Source: Lingula anatina (taxonomy: Eukaryota > Animalia > Brachiopoda). From it: a stretch of 64,000 nucleotides of DNA. Both the position numbers and the translations under genes were made by a program. Shown piece after piece: positions 49,205 through 62,494 of this stretch (its first letter is position 1; each line of letters begins with the position of its first letter). A model generated the notes under the pieces. The model ran no database searches and had not been told where the DNA came from. It worked only from the letters and a program-made list of their open reading frames with translations. Where the stretch lies: contig CM120640.1 in assembly GCA_051362555.1 (NCBI GenBank), positions 37,839,967-37,903,966 on the forward strand, in the 5' to 3' direction.

Positions 49205-52200
49205 ATGATGAGCATTGACCAGCCAGGTGCCTGGCAGTGGCGTGGTCTCGGTGGCGGTCATGCAACGATGGTATCCGTGGAGTTTGACCGCCAGCTGGAC
49301 AGGATATCTTTGTGGCTGGAGGAGTGGACACATCAACAGGTAATTATCAATAATAATCAAGGTATATATATATTGCTATTGAGAGATTAACACTGGCACA
49401 GATGCTTTTGCTTATATACATATATTGAGTGTACTTCACGCACTTAGGTGCATGCACAACAACATGAGTAGTAAGCTTTGTTGATACTGCCAAGATTCAA
49501 AAACAATTCAGGGATGCAAAGATTGAAGAAGAAAATACTTGACTTAATTGTGCTTGTGCTATGCATAATCTGTTTGAAGGAAACTGCTAACAAAAAGGCA
49601 TCTAAATGTGACGAGTCTTAAGAAAGCAATCCTAATTTTTTAAGACAATCAAATTAGATCTTAATAACAAAATGTTAAGATTTTAGAGTATAACTATATG
49701 CAAGCACTATCTTCTTGAAGTGGTTTTATTCATAAATATGGAAAAAAAAAGAATGGGAACACTTGGAGCCTGATTTGGCCTGGCTTCTCAGAAATGTAGC
49801 CTTCACAGCCATAGTCAACAAAATATACTTGAGGATTTCATCCTTCACAAAAATTAAATTTTATCTTAAATTCTAAGTATCATCAATGATAAGAAAATCA
49901 ATCAGGAATCAGACTGGCATTGATCAGTTAAGACTTAATGTTTTTAATATATAGATTTCAGAAAAAAAGTATATCATACATTTTCATGTTTTATATAAAA
50001 AAAAGTGATGTACTGTATGTTCAAACTTAAAAGTCTGGAATGAATTGACAGCTTTTTGTACTGTTCCAGAGATGTGATATACTGGAAGGTTTGTTGGTGA
50101 GAAGTGGCTTCAGTCAGCTGCAGTTCTTGTGGACTGTACTGCAGCCTGCACTGCACAGGGACTTCATGTATTCTTCCAAAAAGGAATTCCCTCTCTTGTC
50201 ATTCCCACCAGTCAGCACATACAAGAGTAGAGAAATCAAGGTACATGTACTAGTAGTATCTCTTTATAAGATGCTTATGTAAACTTATTTAGAATGGATG
50301 CAATTACGGATCTAGGTATGTATAATAGTAATCTAACTGTATATTGGTTACCATGGAATTTACATTCCTAACTTTTCTCAGAAATTTTATAGAAGCATTC
50401 ATATTATTTTCATTTACAGATAAAACTAATCCAACACAGGCAAGATGATTATTTCCGTGAAAACAGTGCCCATTTTCGTTATTTGGATGAAGTCAAAGGT
50501 GCCAGCAGGGAACCAAAGATGACAAACTTTGATACATTGGAAATGATGAACAGAGAGAAACCAACAGAGTTTGAAAAGAGCAGGTAAGATTTCTCATGTT
50601 ATGAAGAGCCACATTTTATATTTTATTTTATTTAGGCATATACTTAGAGGTTTTAGATATATTTTATAAAACTTTGTTTTAATTTCTATGATAATTAATA
50701 CTGTAACTTACACTGGAATACATTTCTTGGATACAGTATTGCAATATGTTATTGTTGTATCCAGTTTTTGAGCTTATCATCTCTCTTATTCCAGTCATGC
50801 AGGGCTTGGTTTACTTCCAACCATTGGCAAAAACAAGAGACCCGACAAAACCAGCCAGAGTCAAGGCAACATACCCATGGGCCTACGGACTGCAGAACCA
50901 CTTAGGGATAGCTGGGAATTCATCAAATCAGCACCAGCCACTCTGAGGTACATATAAAAAACTTTTGGAGATTTCATATCCCTTGATAGATAAAAATATT
51001 GTGATATAATTTAAACAACATGGTAGGGTTGGAGATCAATTTTGTCTGTTTTTTTTCTTTTGTTTATTTGTTTTAATGACTAGCTGAGGTTATGAGGGAG
51101 GTTTTCAATAAGTAAGTAATTTTTCAGAAACTTTTATAATTGTTTTAAACAAAAAATGACATTGAATTAATAATTTGTTTAAAAGATAAATGCCACCTTT
51201 TATGCATTATTCACATATTGTTTTAATGCAGTTCAAATAGTAATTTAATAAATTAATAGTATTTGGAATTCATACAAATCGTGATTTTATGTTTAACAGT
51301 GAGAGTGACAGGTAAATAATTGAAAGGGTGCATTATATCTTAAGTTCATTTTATTTTATATGTAACTGGTTTTATTGCAGTGGATATAATAAGTATGTGC
51401 ACATATTTATATCCGCTTGAAAATGCATTTTTACTGTTTTGTTACTTTTATTAGCAGAGTAAAAAGACATTCTCACACAGTATTAACATTTTGCAAAGTT
51501 TCAAGTATTAATCACATATCACAATTTGCAGTTTATATAATAAGCACACAATAACATGAGTTACTTTTTTAAAATTTGTTTGCATCGTATATTTATTTGT
51601 TATGCTGCTCCAAATAGAAATTCTGTGGCAGATTGATGTGAAGACCAGAATTTTAAAGCTTTTTTTTAACAAATAATAAGTGCTGTATTAATGCAGTTGA
51701 TTTTGAACAATTTGCTGTCAATGTATTTTGAGCATCTGAAGTTAACAAGACAGATCTGGCTTTTTTGCTGTTAATCATGTGTTTTCGGCAACTTAACTTT
51801 TGCATTTAAACAAAGCTTATTCTCTATGTGATCTTCAAGTAAAGTATGTAATCCATATATGACTTTTATGCTGAATTGCTTTTACCTATAGGTTTATTGA
51901 AATGCCAGTCAGGAGACACATTCAGAATGAAAGAAGTCCACGCGATCGCCTGAGAGCAGAGATTAGACAGATGTTAGGAGATGGAAAGCCACAGAATCCC
52001 CGCACTGAACATTATGATTTCAAGGCTACATCAGCACCCCCTCTTGAACAGAACTGGAACACAACCACACCAATGTTAGCTTTAAAAGAGAAAAAGAAAT
52101 TTAGATTGTCCCGTAAAGATGATGGGAATAAAAAGGAGAAAAAGGTATGCTGATTAGTGTTTAAAGAAAAATTATTAAGTCCAATATTAATTGGGTTCAT

Positions 52201-52969
52201 TGGTACTTTTTACTAATGACTGATTTTTATATAATAATACACAAACATTTATAGAGTACATACATGTATATATCTATATGGCAATTTTGTTAAGTGTGAC
52301 TGATGCCACATTATACACATTAATTTTAGCAGATCTAATAATGAAAAGTTTGATGAACATTCGGTAGTTTAATAAACAAAATTCACAATTTATCTCTTTC
52401 AGAAAATCCTAAAAAAGCAGGATGTTGTTGTGCCTTCAGACCTACCACAGGAGGCTTGGGATTTGTTCCACTGGTATGCAGATTTATGGGATGGTAAGTT
52501 ATATGCTATGATTTGCAGTATCATCAGTAGTTGACTTACAGTGAATTTCCATACATTCAACTAATTTTAGTGCAGATTAAGTGTAAATTTTAGCAACATA
52601 AAAGTACAAAGGTACATGTAACAGAATCCTGTTGCAGTTTGCCACAGGGGGTGATCTATATATTCTTAATGGCTTGCTGTATCTTTGACTATGTGACTAT
52701 GCATATTTCATATTTAGATAAGGTATGAGTCGGCATATTGAAACCCTTGATGACACTGATTTTTGGTTTGTTTTATAGATGTCCAGAGAAATGAGTTTCT
52801 CCACAAGGTGGTGTTGAAACTGGACCCTAGACAGCATTATTTCATTTCCAGTTATCTAGCAGTAAGTATGTAGATAGTGAATAGGTATCATTTTGTATAT
52901 TATTTACTATACACACAATTTTAAAATGCAAATTGTATGGGTTGAAATAAAATGTTATAGCTCGAACTT

Positions 52970-53020
<51 letters not shown>

Positions 53021-53290
53021 TTAAGCTTAAAATGTAGATAACATCTGAAAGTAAGTTAAATAAATTGCAGAGATGATTTTTTTATTCTATTTTTCCTTCC
53101 AGGTAAAGCAATACAGAGATTTCATATCATTATTACCTGAGCCTCTTGCTCTCAAGATTTTATCCTACCTCAGTCCTGCCGAACTTTTAGTGGCTAGTTC
53201 TGTAAGTTGACTGTGTATCTGACAATATAGAAATACTGCATGATTCGAAAAAAGATACTTGTTATTTCAGTAATAAACATTATAAACACT

Positions 53291-53352
<62 letters not shown>

Positions 53353-55938
53353 TTACTCTGAATTCTAAAGATTTATATATAACACTGAGTAGACTTAATA
53401 AGGTCCAGATGCACAAATTGATGTCTTTTATTGAAAGATGAGAAAAAATTGAAATTGAATGCAATGAATGTTTCCGAATAAATGATAAAAAATGTTATAA
53501 TACATCATTCATGGCCATATTCATTTTTTCAGGTATGCAGAACTTGGCAGAGATTAGCAAATCACAATGAATTATGGAAATCAAAATGTGATGAAGTGAC
53601 CCTAGGTGAGATATGCCTGTAAAAAAATATGATATATAACAGTTCATTGTTGGGAAGAGAAAAGAAGAACTTTTTATGCGTTTGTAATATCCGAATCCCA
53701 ATACAGGCTACACATACCCAGTACCAGTGAAAATTTTAACAATTGCATACATTCATTTTTTTCAGAAATTCCAGTTTCAAGCAATCCTTTGTGGAAAAAA
53801 GTATTCAGAGACAATCTTTTCTTAAAGAACAACTGGTCATCAGGAAATTGCAGAGTCATAGAGGTCAAAGGTCATTCACAAAGGTATGTCAAATAATAGT
53901 GGAAAAATCATTATCTGACCCCAGTCAAGAACAGAATATGGGGCATTGCTTTAAAAGTACAAATATGAATAACTAACTTTTATATTTACATCTATTTTCT
54001 GTTCTTTTTTTCAGAGTTTTATCCCTCACCTTTGAGGGTAGAAGACTGGCAACTGGCAGTGCAGATAAATCAATCAAAATTTGGGATTTACGTAATGGCC
54101 ATCTAATTCAAACATTAAGAGGCCATGCAAAAGGTGTCTGGTGCCTCAGTTTTTTCACCAAGAATCTTCTAGTCAGCGGCTCCTATGATGGAACTCTAAA
54201 AGTAATTAGACACAGTATTTATCTCATATGTGTGTGCGTGTGTGTGTGTGTGTGATTGTTATCATATTAGCCTTATTTTATTATCAAACTTTAATAGCCC
54301 TGGGTTTCAGACTCAGTCAGTAAAATTGGATTTTTTTTTTTTAATACAGCTTGTCAGATCATCATCTAAATGAAAATCATTGCTTTTTACAGGTATGGAA
54401 CTTAAAACAGGGTACAACTGTGCGTACAATGTTTGGCCACGAAGGTCCAATCTACTGCATGGTTAGAAAAGACAATATAGTGGTCACTGGATCTCAGGAC
54501 AGAACTGTAAGTTTGGGACACTTGTAATATTGTTATATCTAAAGCATTTTCTTATGATAGTATTTATTTTAAAGTATTATGCATAGACAATAATGCATTT
54601 ACAATACTAAAGACACTGAATATGAGTAAACATGTGTGGCTTAAGATTGTTCAGTCTACAGGCAGTAAAAGCCTTGATTTTATGTGTATTACATATAAGT
54701 TTTTTATTTCCTATAACCTATACTAAAAAGTACTCTGAATATTTCTGTGTATGTTAAATGCTTTGTGATCTATTAACTAATTTTTTTCAGGCCAAAGTAT
54801 GGGATATAAGTCGCTGCTTATTGCTGAAGTCATTAGCAGGACACAGTGCTCCTATATTTGCTGTAGACATGGATGAAGAAGGCAAATTGGCCATTACTGG
54901 ATCAGCTGATAGGGTAATGAAGGCATTATGAATGTATTTCATAAAAAAAAAGTCTCCAGTAGTGCATGTTTGACCAATATTTTTATAAGAAATAGTGTGA
55001 TATTCTAAAGTCATTTTAGGTGTTGTTAAGCAAGGCAAGAATAGAGTTTTTTACCAAAATTCATTTAGGCAGTTATCTGACAAGAAAGGTGCCATATGTT
55101 CAACCCCTTTAGACCCTGTTGTATAATACATGTATATCACTTGAAAACTATAAATTATCATTTCGCTTTTAGAGTGTTAAAATCTGGGACCTCCAAGCTG
55201 GGAAGTGTAAGAAGACAATTTGGGTGAGCCCCACTACCTCCATCATGTCAGTCAGCTACAGTCAGGGCTTCATTGCCTGTTCCTATGGAGAGGTGATATG
55301 CCTGTATAAACTGGAAGGAGCAAGTCTGATCAAAACCTTTGAAGAGCACCAGAAAAGGTGAGAAAAGTTATTTTTTGAAAATAAAACTAAACTTTTCAAA
55401 ACATTAAGTTTGTTACATTTAGCTCTTGTATACAAATAAAGGACACTAAAAGAAATGAAATGAAAGGAGTTTGAAGCCTATTTAAAATTTTTCATTATAA
55501 TTTTTATTTCTTTTTAGGATTGAATGCTTAGAGTTACGCATCACTGACCCTGTTAAATTGGAAGGTGTAATGGTCAGTGCTGGCAAAGATGGAGAAGTCA
55601 AATACTGGGATATATCACAGTAAGTGACCAGTATAATGGTTCTTACCTTTCTAAACAACTGACTCAAATTCCCTAATTTAAAACTGGAAAACAGATCTTT
55701 TTAAATGATTGAAAAAAGGAACTGAATGTTAAGACTATCTCATTCAAAATTGCTATTTATACCTTTAATAGCGTCAATTGTTTTTTCAAAATCAAAATCC
55801 TTTTTTTTTTTCAGTCACAAAAGTTGTCATTCTTTTAAACATGGAGAAAAAGAAGTGACTTGTATCCATTTCGACAATCTACGAATTGCAAGTGCATCAG
55901 CAGATCAGAGAATCAAGATCTGGGACTTCAATGTGTAG
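49205..55938 (+). CDS. F-box/WD40-repeat protein (FBXW7/Met30/beta-TrCP-like SCF substrate receptor) with an extended N-terminus
   Basis: Exons 49205-49339, 50070-50240, 50420-50583, 50795-50947, 51892-52144, 52403-52493, 52779-52861, 53103-53201 (RDFISLLPEPLALKILSYL, F-box), 53533-53605 (VCRTWQRLA...LWK), 53767-53883, 54015-54200, 54393-54506, 54791-54913, 55173-55357, ~55519-55619, 55815-55938. Seven WD40-like repeats, e.g. ATGSADKSIKIWD, VSGSYDGTLKVWN, ASASADQRIKIWD. Confidence 0.92.
52972..53018. repeat. (CA)n microsatellite
   Basis: About 23 CA units. Confidence 0.95.
53295..53351. repeat. Compound (TC)n(AC)n microsatellite
   Basis: A TC run followed directly by an AC run. Confidence 0.95.
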
Positions 55939-56009
55939 AAAGCCAAATATTACCAGCGAACATATATTTATTGTATTAATTTTTATATTATTTTTGTATT
56001 AATTCTATG

Positions 56010-56422
56010 CGTAGAATTTTTAAGCTCAAAAAAATGTCATTGGACAAAATTATAGACTGTCCATGATGACATCCCACCTGCAGATATGAAATAACAACAA
56101 AATGTTAGAATGTTTATATTTTCTGACAAGTCACCTGCCTAAGAGACAATCTTTTTTTTTTTTTTATGCGAAGCTAAAGCTTACAAATTGGGTGCAATTT
56201 TGCATGCCATGTTTGTAGAATTTATAAACACAAGCAGAGCTTACATTGGTGAATGGACAAAATTATAGATTTTCCTTGATGACATCCCACCCACAGATAT
56301 AAAATTACAACAAAATGTTAGTATGTTTATCTTTTCTAACAAGTCACCCACCTCAAGAGTCAGTCTTTTTTTTAAATATACGAAGCTACAGCTGACACAT
56401 TGGGTGCAGTTTTACATGCCAG
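56010..56422 (+). repeat. Diverged tandem duplication with ~213-bp period, downstream of the F-box gene stop
   Basis: TGGACAAAATTATAGA...TGATGACATCCCACC...CAACAAAATGTTAG...CAAGTCACC...CGAAGCTA...TTGGGTGCA starts at 56041 and 56254. Confidence 0.9.
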
Positions 56423-58348
56423 GTATTTGCCAATGCCAATATTTGTTTTAGAGTTAGGTATATTTTTGCAGCATAAGAAATTATATATTTGATGTATATA
56501 CAATATTAAAATATACCATTTTCTTAATATGTGCATTAAGCAGGAAAAATATACAGATTTACACATAATCATGATATATCAGATTGTACAATATAGTCTT
56601 TAACAATTATTGACAAATCCTAAGCAAAGTCACACATATTGAAGTGTGTACCCATATGATAAGCTACTGGTAATATTTTTTCTTCTTTTTAAGTTTCAAT
56701 GCTTGAGAGCACAATCACTATTACTTTTGTTTTATTCAAAGTGTAAAAAGTCACCTTTTAGTTATTTGGTGATTGCCCATTTGCTCATGCCATTAGCCAC
56801 AGTGATAAACCTTGCCATATTTATGTCATGGATCTCAAATTTGGCATTTGTCAAAGTTTTCATTATCTGGAAGCCATGCCTACATTCCTTCCTGTGCCTT
56901 GTGTGTATACACAATATTTTATGCAGAGCATGTGATCAATATAAATAAAAAGTATGTTTAATAAATAAAATTTAATAATGTATTTTTTTCTTTAGTTTGT
57001 CATATAAACATCTTTATTTGGATAAGAAATTGAACAGCTTCTAATTATAAGAGTAACATTCTGTGATAAAAGAAGTTTCCACAGTTTATCAAATACTTCA
57101 AAGTACATTTATCTCATCTTTTTATTTAGAGTACAATTAAATATTCTAGTACAGGACAGTCATTGTAAATATATCATAAAGTTAAAATTTCTTTTTGCCT
57201 ACTAAGAAGTATCTATGAATCTAGAACAAAAATATTTTCTTTTGTATCCATGAGCATAAAATATCTATTCCTTTTATCTTAAATATAACAAGGTGATCTC
57301 GTTCCTACAAGAAAAGCATTATTAACCATTTAAAGGCTGCATCACGGGGTCCTCTTTGGTAGAAACTACTGAAAGCTGTCTTTTTTTTACAAATATGAGA
57401 ATGCACACCCACACAAAGCACTCATGATAATCGCCATCCATTCAACAATGCATATCTTGGGCTATTCTATCCATAACCATCCTTTCTACTGCCATGTATA
57501 TTTGTCATAATTTAGATGATATGTGGACTCATTAAATGGATGGAACAAAATGTTTAATGTTAATGAATTATCAATTGCAAACAATATTCACTTAAATATA
57601 TCAATTTGTCATGGTATGAAAGCCAGCAAAAGAGAGTATTGACTATTTTTGCCTCCAAGACTTGTCTTTTAAGACCTCAAAATGGATATACAACTTTTAA
57701 ATAGTTTCACACATGACAAATGCATTTCATTAACACACCCTGAGATGTCATATGTATGATTATGATAAACATTCACTCCAATTCATTCTTGCCTAAATCT
57801 TGAATTAAAACCGACAGGACAAAAACAAAAACTTCCTCATCAAATGTTGTTCAAAAGTTTTCTAAAGCAATGCTAATCTCAAATATGATCAATAAAAGGC
57901 AATTAAAGACCTTGTTATAATATTCCACGTGTCCAGACACATAGTGTCTATCCATAAAAATCATCATCAGATAAATAATCAATAAATGTATATACATTCA
58001 CTTTTGATGCGTGGAATAATCAAAGCACCTTATGATGTTGTGTCTTGAACCTGACACATTCTATTTTTAAGACATATGTCTTCAAAAAGACTTTATTTTT
58101 ATATTCAACACTTTGAAACTATCACATGATCATCTTACTGCATCAGAATTTCTCACTTATCTAACCATAAATTCTGCATGGCATAACATATGACTTCTGG
58201 CATCAAAAACCTAATGAATTCCACCAATTGTTTTCGCTGACTGTATCATTCAGCCTTATTTCAGCTGTTTATCTACATGAAGTTTGGTACACTTTTTGTT
58301 CAAGCAAGTTTGAGTACCTATTCAAAAGCTAAGACAATAATGACCATC

Positions 58349-61300
58349 TTAAGCCTTTTTGGCAGGTGAGCTTGGTGATAAGTCCTCTTGCAGTTTCAGC
58401 AGCTTACTGATAATGTCAGAATACCAGTAACCAAATACTGCCTTGTTGTGAGCAATGAGGCGGAGGAACTGGCCACAGACTTCACTGAGTTCATGCTCTA
58501 CAGCAGAAAGTCCAGGAGGTATTTTGAGAGGAGATCTGTGATTGGACATCAGGGTGTCACGGATGAAGTCCAAAACTCTGGTTTCTGTGAATGAAAAAAC
58601 AAGTCTATAAAGTCACCATCCTGGACTGTCAAACACAGGGACCCGTTCCACAAAAGACCTATTGCTCAAAAAGTGGTATAAACTTTCAGATCCACAATTT
58701 TGTCCACTTTGTCACAAAATAAATTAGCAGTAGTCCAATTCAAGGAAACTCTCCACTGCTCAATAACAGAAGAGATATGGTTCATGTTTTAGGTTAATCA
58801 ATGCTCATTTTAAGTAGACTGCTATGGATTTATCTTGAAGTTAGTAGACCTAATTTTGTGTCCAACATTCAGACAAAAACTTACTGATCAATTTGTTCAC
58901 TGTATGGTCTTGCTTCACAACATCTGTAATCTGACCCTTCAGCACTTTTATCCGTGCTTCATCCATAGCTGGGAAACTGTGTTCTTTTAAAGATGCCTGC
59001 ACATCAGTGATTATTCTGTCAGCTATGCTACCTATCAGATCATGAATCTGACTGAAAGACAACAGAACAATTCACTGAACACTTATTTTCTATTCATTTT
59101 CGTAAAGATCCAGACATTCAAAATTATTTCACATATTTTAAGACAGTTTGTGTACTTGTTTCTTTCAGAAAAACATGACACAACATGACACTTCTCTGCT
59201 ATGAAACTCTTCAGAATTTAAACACACTTTATGAAATATCTTTGCATATTTTTAAATACTTAAGTGTCAGCTATAATTACCTCTCATTAACACCCTGCAA
59301 CAATACCATTAGTTCAGTTTTCAGTTTGTCTTTGAGATCCTTCACTCCAGCAATAGGGGCCCCCACAGTGTTGTATGTCACAAGTAGAATCGATGAAACA
59401 AGGGAAAACCTCCAAGTTTTGTCTCTGAGTTCCAAATATCTAGACTGGTCCATCAACAGCGTCTTAATTAAGAGAACCAGATAGTAGCCTCAGCAGGGTG
59501 TATATATGAAGTGCTTAAATTTGGTACATTAAAAAACATGCAAGAGCAAACACAATTTAATAGAATATTTTATTTTTTTGTGTGTGTTTTGTTTTAATAT
59601 ACATGTTGTTAATGGTTAAGACAGCAATTCAGAAATGTGGAATACTCCCATTTGATTTGATGCTGGTTTTGAGACGAAAACCTCCATACTATGATAGTCT
59701 TTCTGATAATTTCCCCTGTAATACCAAATATCTAGTTTTACCTCTGGAAACACAGTTTCATCTCTCCACTCCAGCAGCTCCATGTAAGCTTCATTGATGA
59801 TCCTGGCAGGAGTCACATAAGTAGGTGGCGTTGCTGTAGCCTCAGCCTCTGCAGACTGGCTTGCCTTTTCCTGCAGCTTTTCTAACTTATCCACACTCCT
59901 CTCCAACCAAGCACTGGTAAACTCCAAACCATTTGTTCCAGCCTCTTGAATAGAAGAAAACCAAAGATGCAAGAACTTCCTGTTAACAAACATTAAACTG
60001 CTACTTCTTCTTCTTCTCTTTTTTTTTTTCAGAAAAATATTATTTTCTTAAAGGGTAAGATGCCACAGAGTACTTAATATGCTCTACCAATATTCATAAA
60101 ACACAAAATACCTTGTTGTGTTTTCAAAAACTCTTGAAACTTTTTCTTTTCATAGTCCACAGACTGCTGTTGCAAGTAGGGTCTCATTTGCTGAATGGTG
60201 AAGTTGGCCATGTCCATCTTCATTAGGTCTAACACTTCAAACATCTCCCTGAAAGAAAGGCAAGTTACAATTATTGCCACAATTTTCACAAATCAGCATG
60301 CTCCTTTGTTCAGCCTACCAGGACAAGACTGAAATTAACAGCTCTGATAAAGATTGACCTGATGCTCTCTTTTTTTTTTTCAGAATACTGTTACTACATC
60401 TATTCAAGTTATTAAATATTCCAAACAACAATTTACATTGCCTTTTAATGTGAAAACATTACTCAAGAAGAGAGAAAGAAAGACAGATTGTTGACCAAAT
60501 GCGATATTTGAAAAGATTGTATGTTTATGTAAGGAGATACAAACTCACTTATAGAGAGGAACAACTTCTTTAATTTCCCTCAGATTTTTAATCCTTTCAT
60601 CTCTGGCTGGAGCACAGAGTCGGGCCATAATAGAAATCACAAATTCAGCATAATAATGAAAATCAAATGCATCATTGTCAATCTTCTGTCTAATGAGATC
60701 CATGTCCAGCACTTCATTGATATGTGCTTTGAGGCGCTGATGCTGTGGCAACAATATTCCAAGGAGATTCTGAAAATAAAGAAAACACTTTAAAATGCTG
60801 CTATACAGAATTTTTTTTATAAAATTTAACACTTACATGAAAAAGTGTTAAAGCATTTCTGTTCTTTTAATGCCAGTTTACACCTTAAACTTTTCAGCCC
60901 ACTGGCCACTCTGACTATATCATATCCAATTAAATTTTATTAGTCCGAAGATGAAATCTGCAAATAATGGGACATTATTCTAACACAACTGCTTACATTT
61001 CCATTCATCAAATTTAGACTAGTAACTTTGAAAAAAAAATTGGGGGGGGGGGGGGGGGGGGGGGAGTTTTATGCGAAATCTACAATCTATTGCCTAGCTC
61101 AATGGGTAACATCAAAACCTGGTAACATCTTGGTAATGCCTCATTATACACAATTTATAAATAATTGATTTGTTACCTGCTTGACTTCTTCCATCAATAC
61201 AATGGCATGTGAATAGTCAGGAGGGTCCTTTAACTTTTCATCAAGAGCATCCCAAAATGCCTTGTGCATTATTTCTTTCACTTGTTTTTCAATGCTGAAA

Positions 61301-62000
61301 TATAAATATTAATAAAATATTGACACTGACATAGTGGCAGAAAATGTACATGAATGTGAAAATGTTTTCCAAGTTTTGATTATATGAAGAAAATCATTTC
61401 TGGTCCTAAGTTTTAGCACAAATGTCATTTTCAATGACACCTAAGAGAGTGAATCATGTTAATAAAAGTCATTCACAACCCCCAAATTGTAATCTCTGCT
61501 TACCTGTTCTGCTCTGGCTCTAGTTTTTCAAGTTTGAAGTTGGAATCTACAGCAATCTCATGTGCAAGGCTCATGTTAGCAATGCCATTTGCAGCTGTCA
61601 TCAACTGGTCAAAGGAAATAAACCTTGGGGGAGATGCTGAAAAAAAAAAGATAACTCTCATACCAAAGAAAAAGTGTAAATTACAGGCTATACTGCATGA
61701 ATGATTCCATACTATTCATAAAGTAAAGATTGTTTTATTAGTTCTGCACAAGTAAACTGCATCCTTTTGTCTAAAATAATATACAATTGTAATTATTATA
61801 TAGTTAAATATATATACCATACAGAAGCTGAATATTATACCTGCAACCATAAATGCTGGGCTTGGAGTATTCATTCTTCTACGTTTTGACTCTGTCATTT
61901 TTTCTGAGTCTGCAGAGGAACTCAATGCATCATCACTATCTTTCCTTGGACTGGGAAATTCTCCATTCAAGGAATCATCCAGATCATCTTTGTCATCCAT
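58349..62000 (-). CDS. TCP11L1: T-complex protein 11-like (TCP11L1/L2, Sok1 family), 9 coding exons; probable non-coding exon 1 with donor near 63920
   Basis: MDDKDD... (61841-62000), [12 protein letters not shown]...[34 protein letters not shown]...[62 protein letters not shown], then TAA at 58349. Confidence 0.92.
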
Positions 62001-62425
62001 GTTTAACACCTACATAAATCAAAATAGCTAGATGACATTTACTATTTTTACAAAAAGGTAGATATTAACACAGACTTTTTGCACATCAGCAGCATCACTT
62101 TTTCCTCAGACTGTGGTTAACTGTTTCATCTCAGGCGTAAAGATTTTAAGGCAAATAATTGCAAAGGTGGACTAATTGGCCTTGAAAATAACTGATTACA
62201 TGTCAGATAAAGCTGTTGCTTTACATTATTTCCAAAATTTAAAAATTAAATTTGCAGATATACTTTGCTTACTTTCGGTGTTTTATAGACTGGAGGGAAA
62301 AATTATTAGTAGGTTTTAACAAGCAAAAATTTGAAGAAGGTCCAGTTTAAAGCTTTTTCCTACTTCTCGAAAGATTAATTTGGGTTGACATGTGGAAAGT
62401 ACTTGTGATGTGTAAGAAACTGAAT

Positions 62426-62427
<2 letters not shown>

Positions 62428-62492
<65 letters not shown>
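62428..62492. repeat. (GT)n microsatellite
   Basis: About 32 GT units in TCP11L1 intron 1. Confidence 0.95.

Positions 62493-62494
<2 letters not shown>

Noticed and set aside
50746-50946. ORF ending in TGA beside a splice donor, suggesting selenocysteine or readthrough
   Set aside because: The spliced frame is different (CTG AG|) and has no stop; none of the nine gene models needs an in-frame TGA.
56062-56127. C/D-box snoRNA-like pair (ATGATGA ... CTGA)
   Set aside because: No convincing terminal stem, located in a putative 3' UTR rather than an intron, the boxes are degenerate in the duplicate copy, and no rRNA-complementary guide was recognised.
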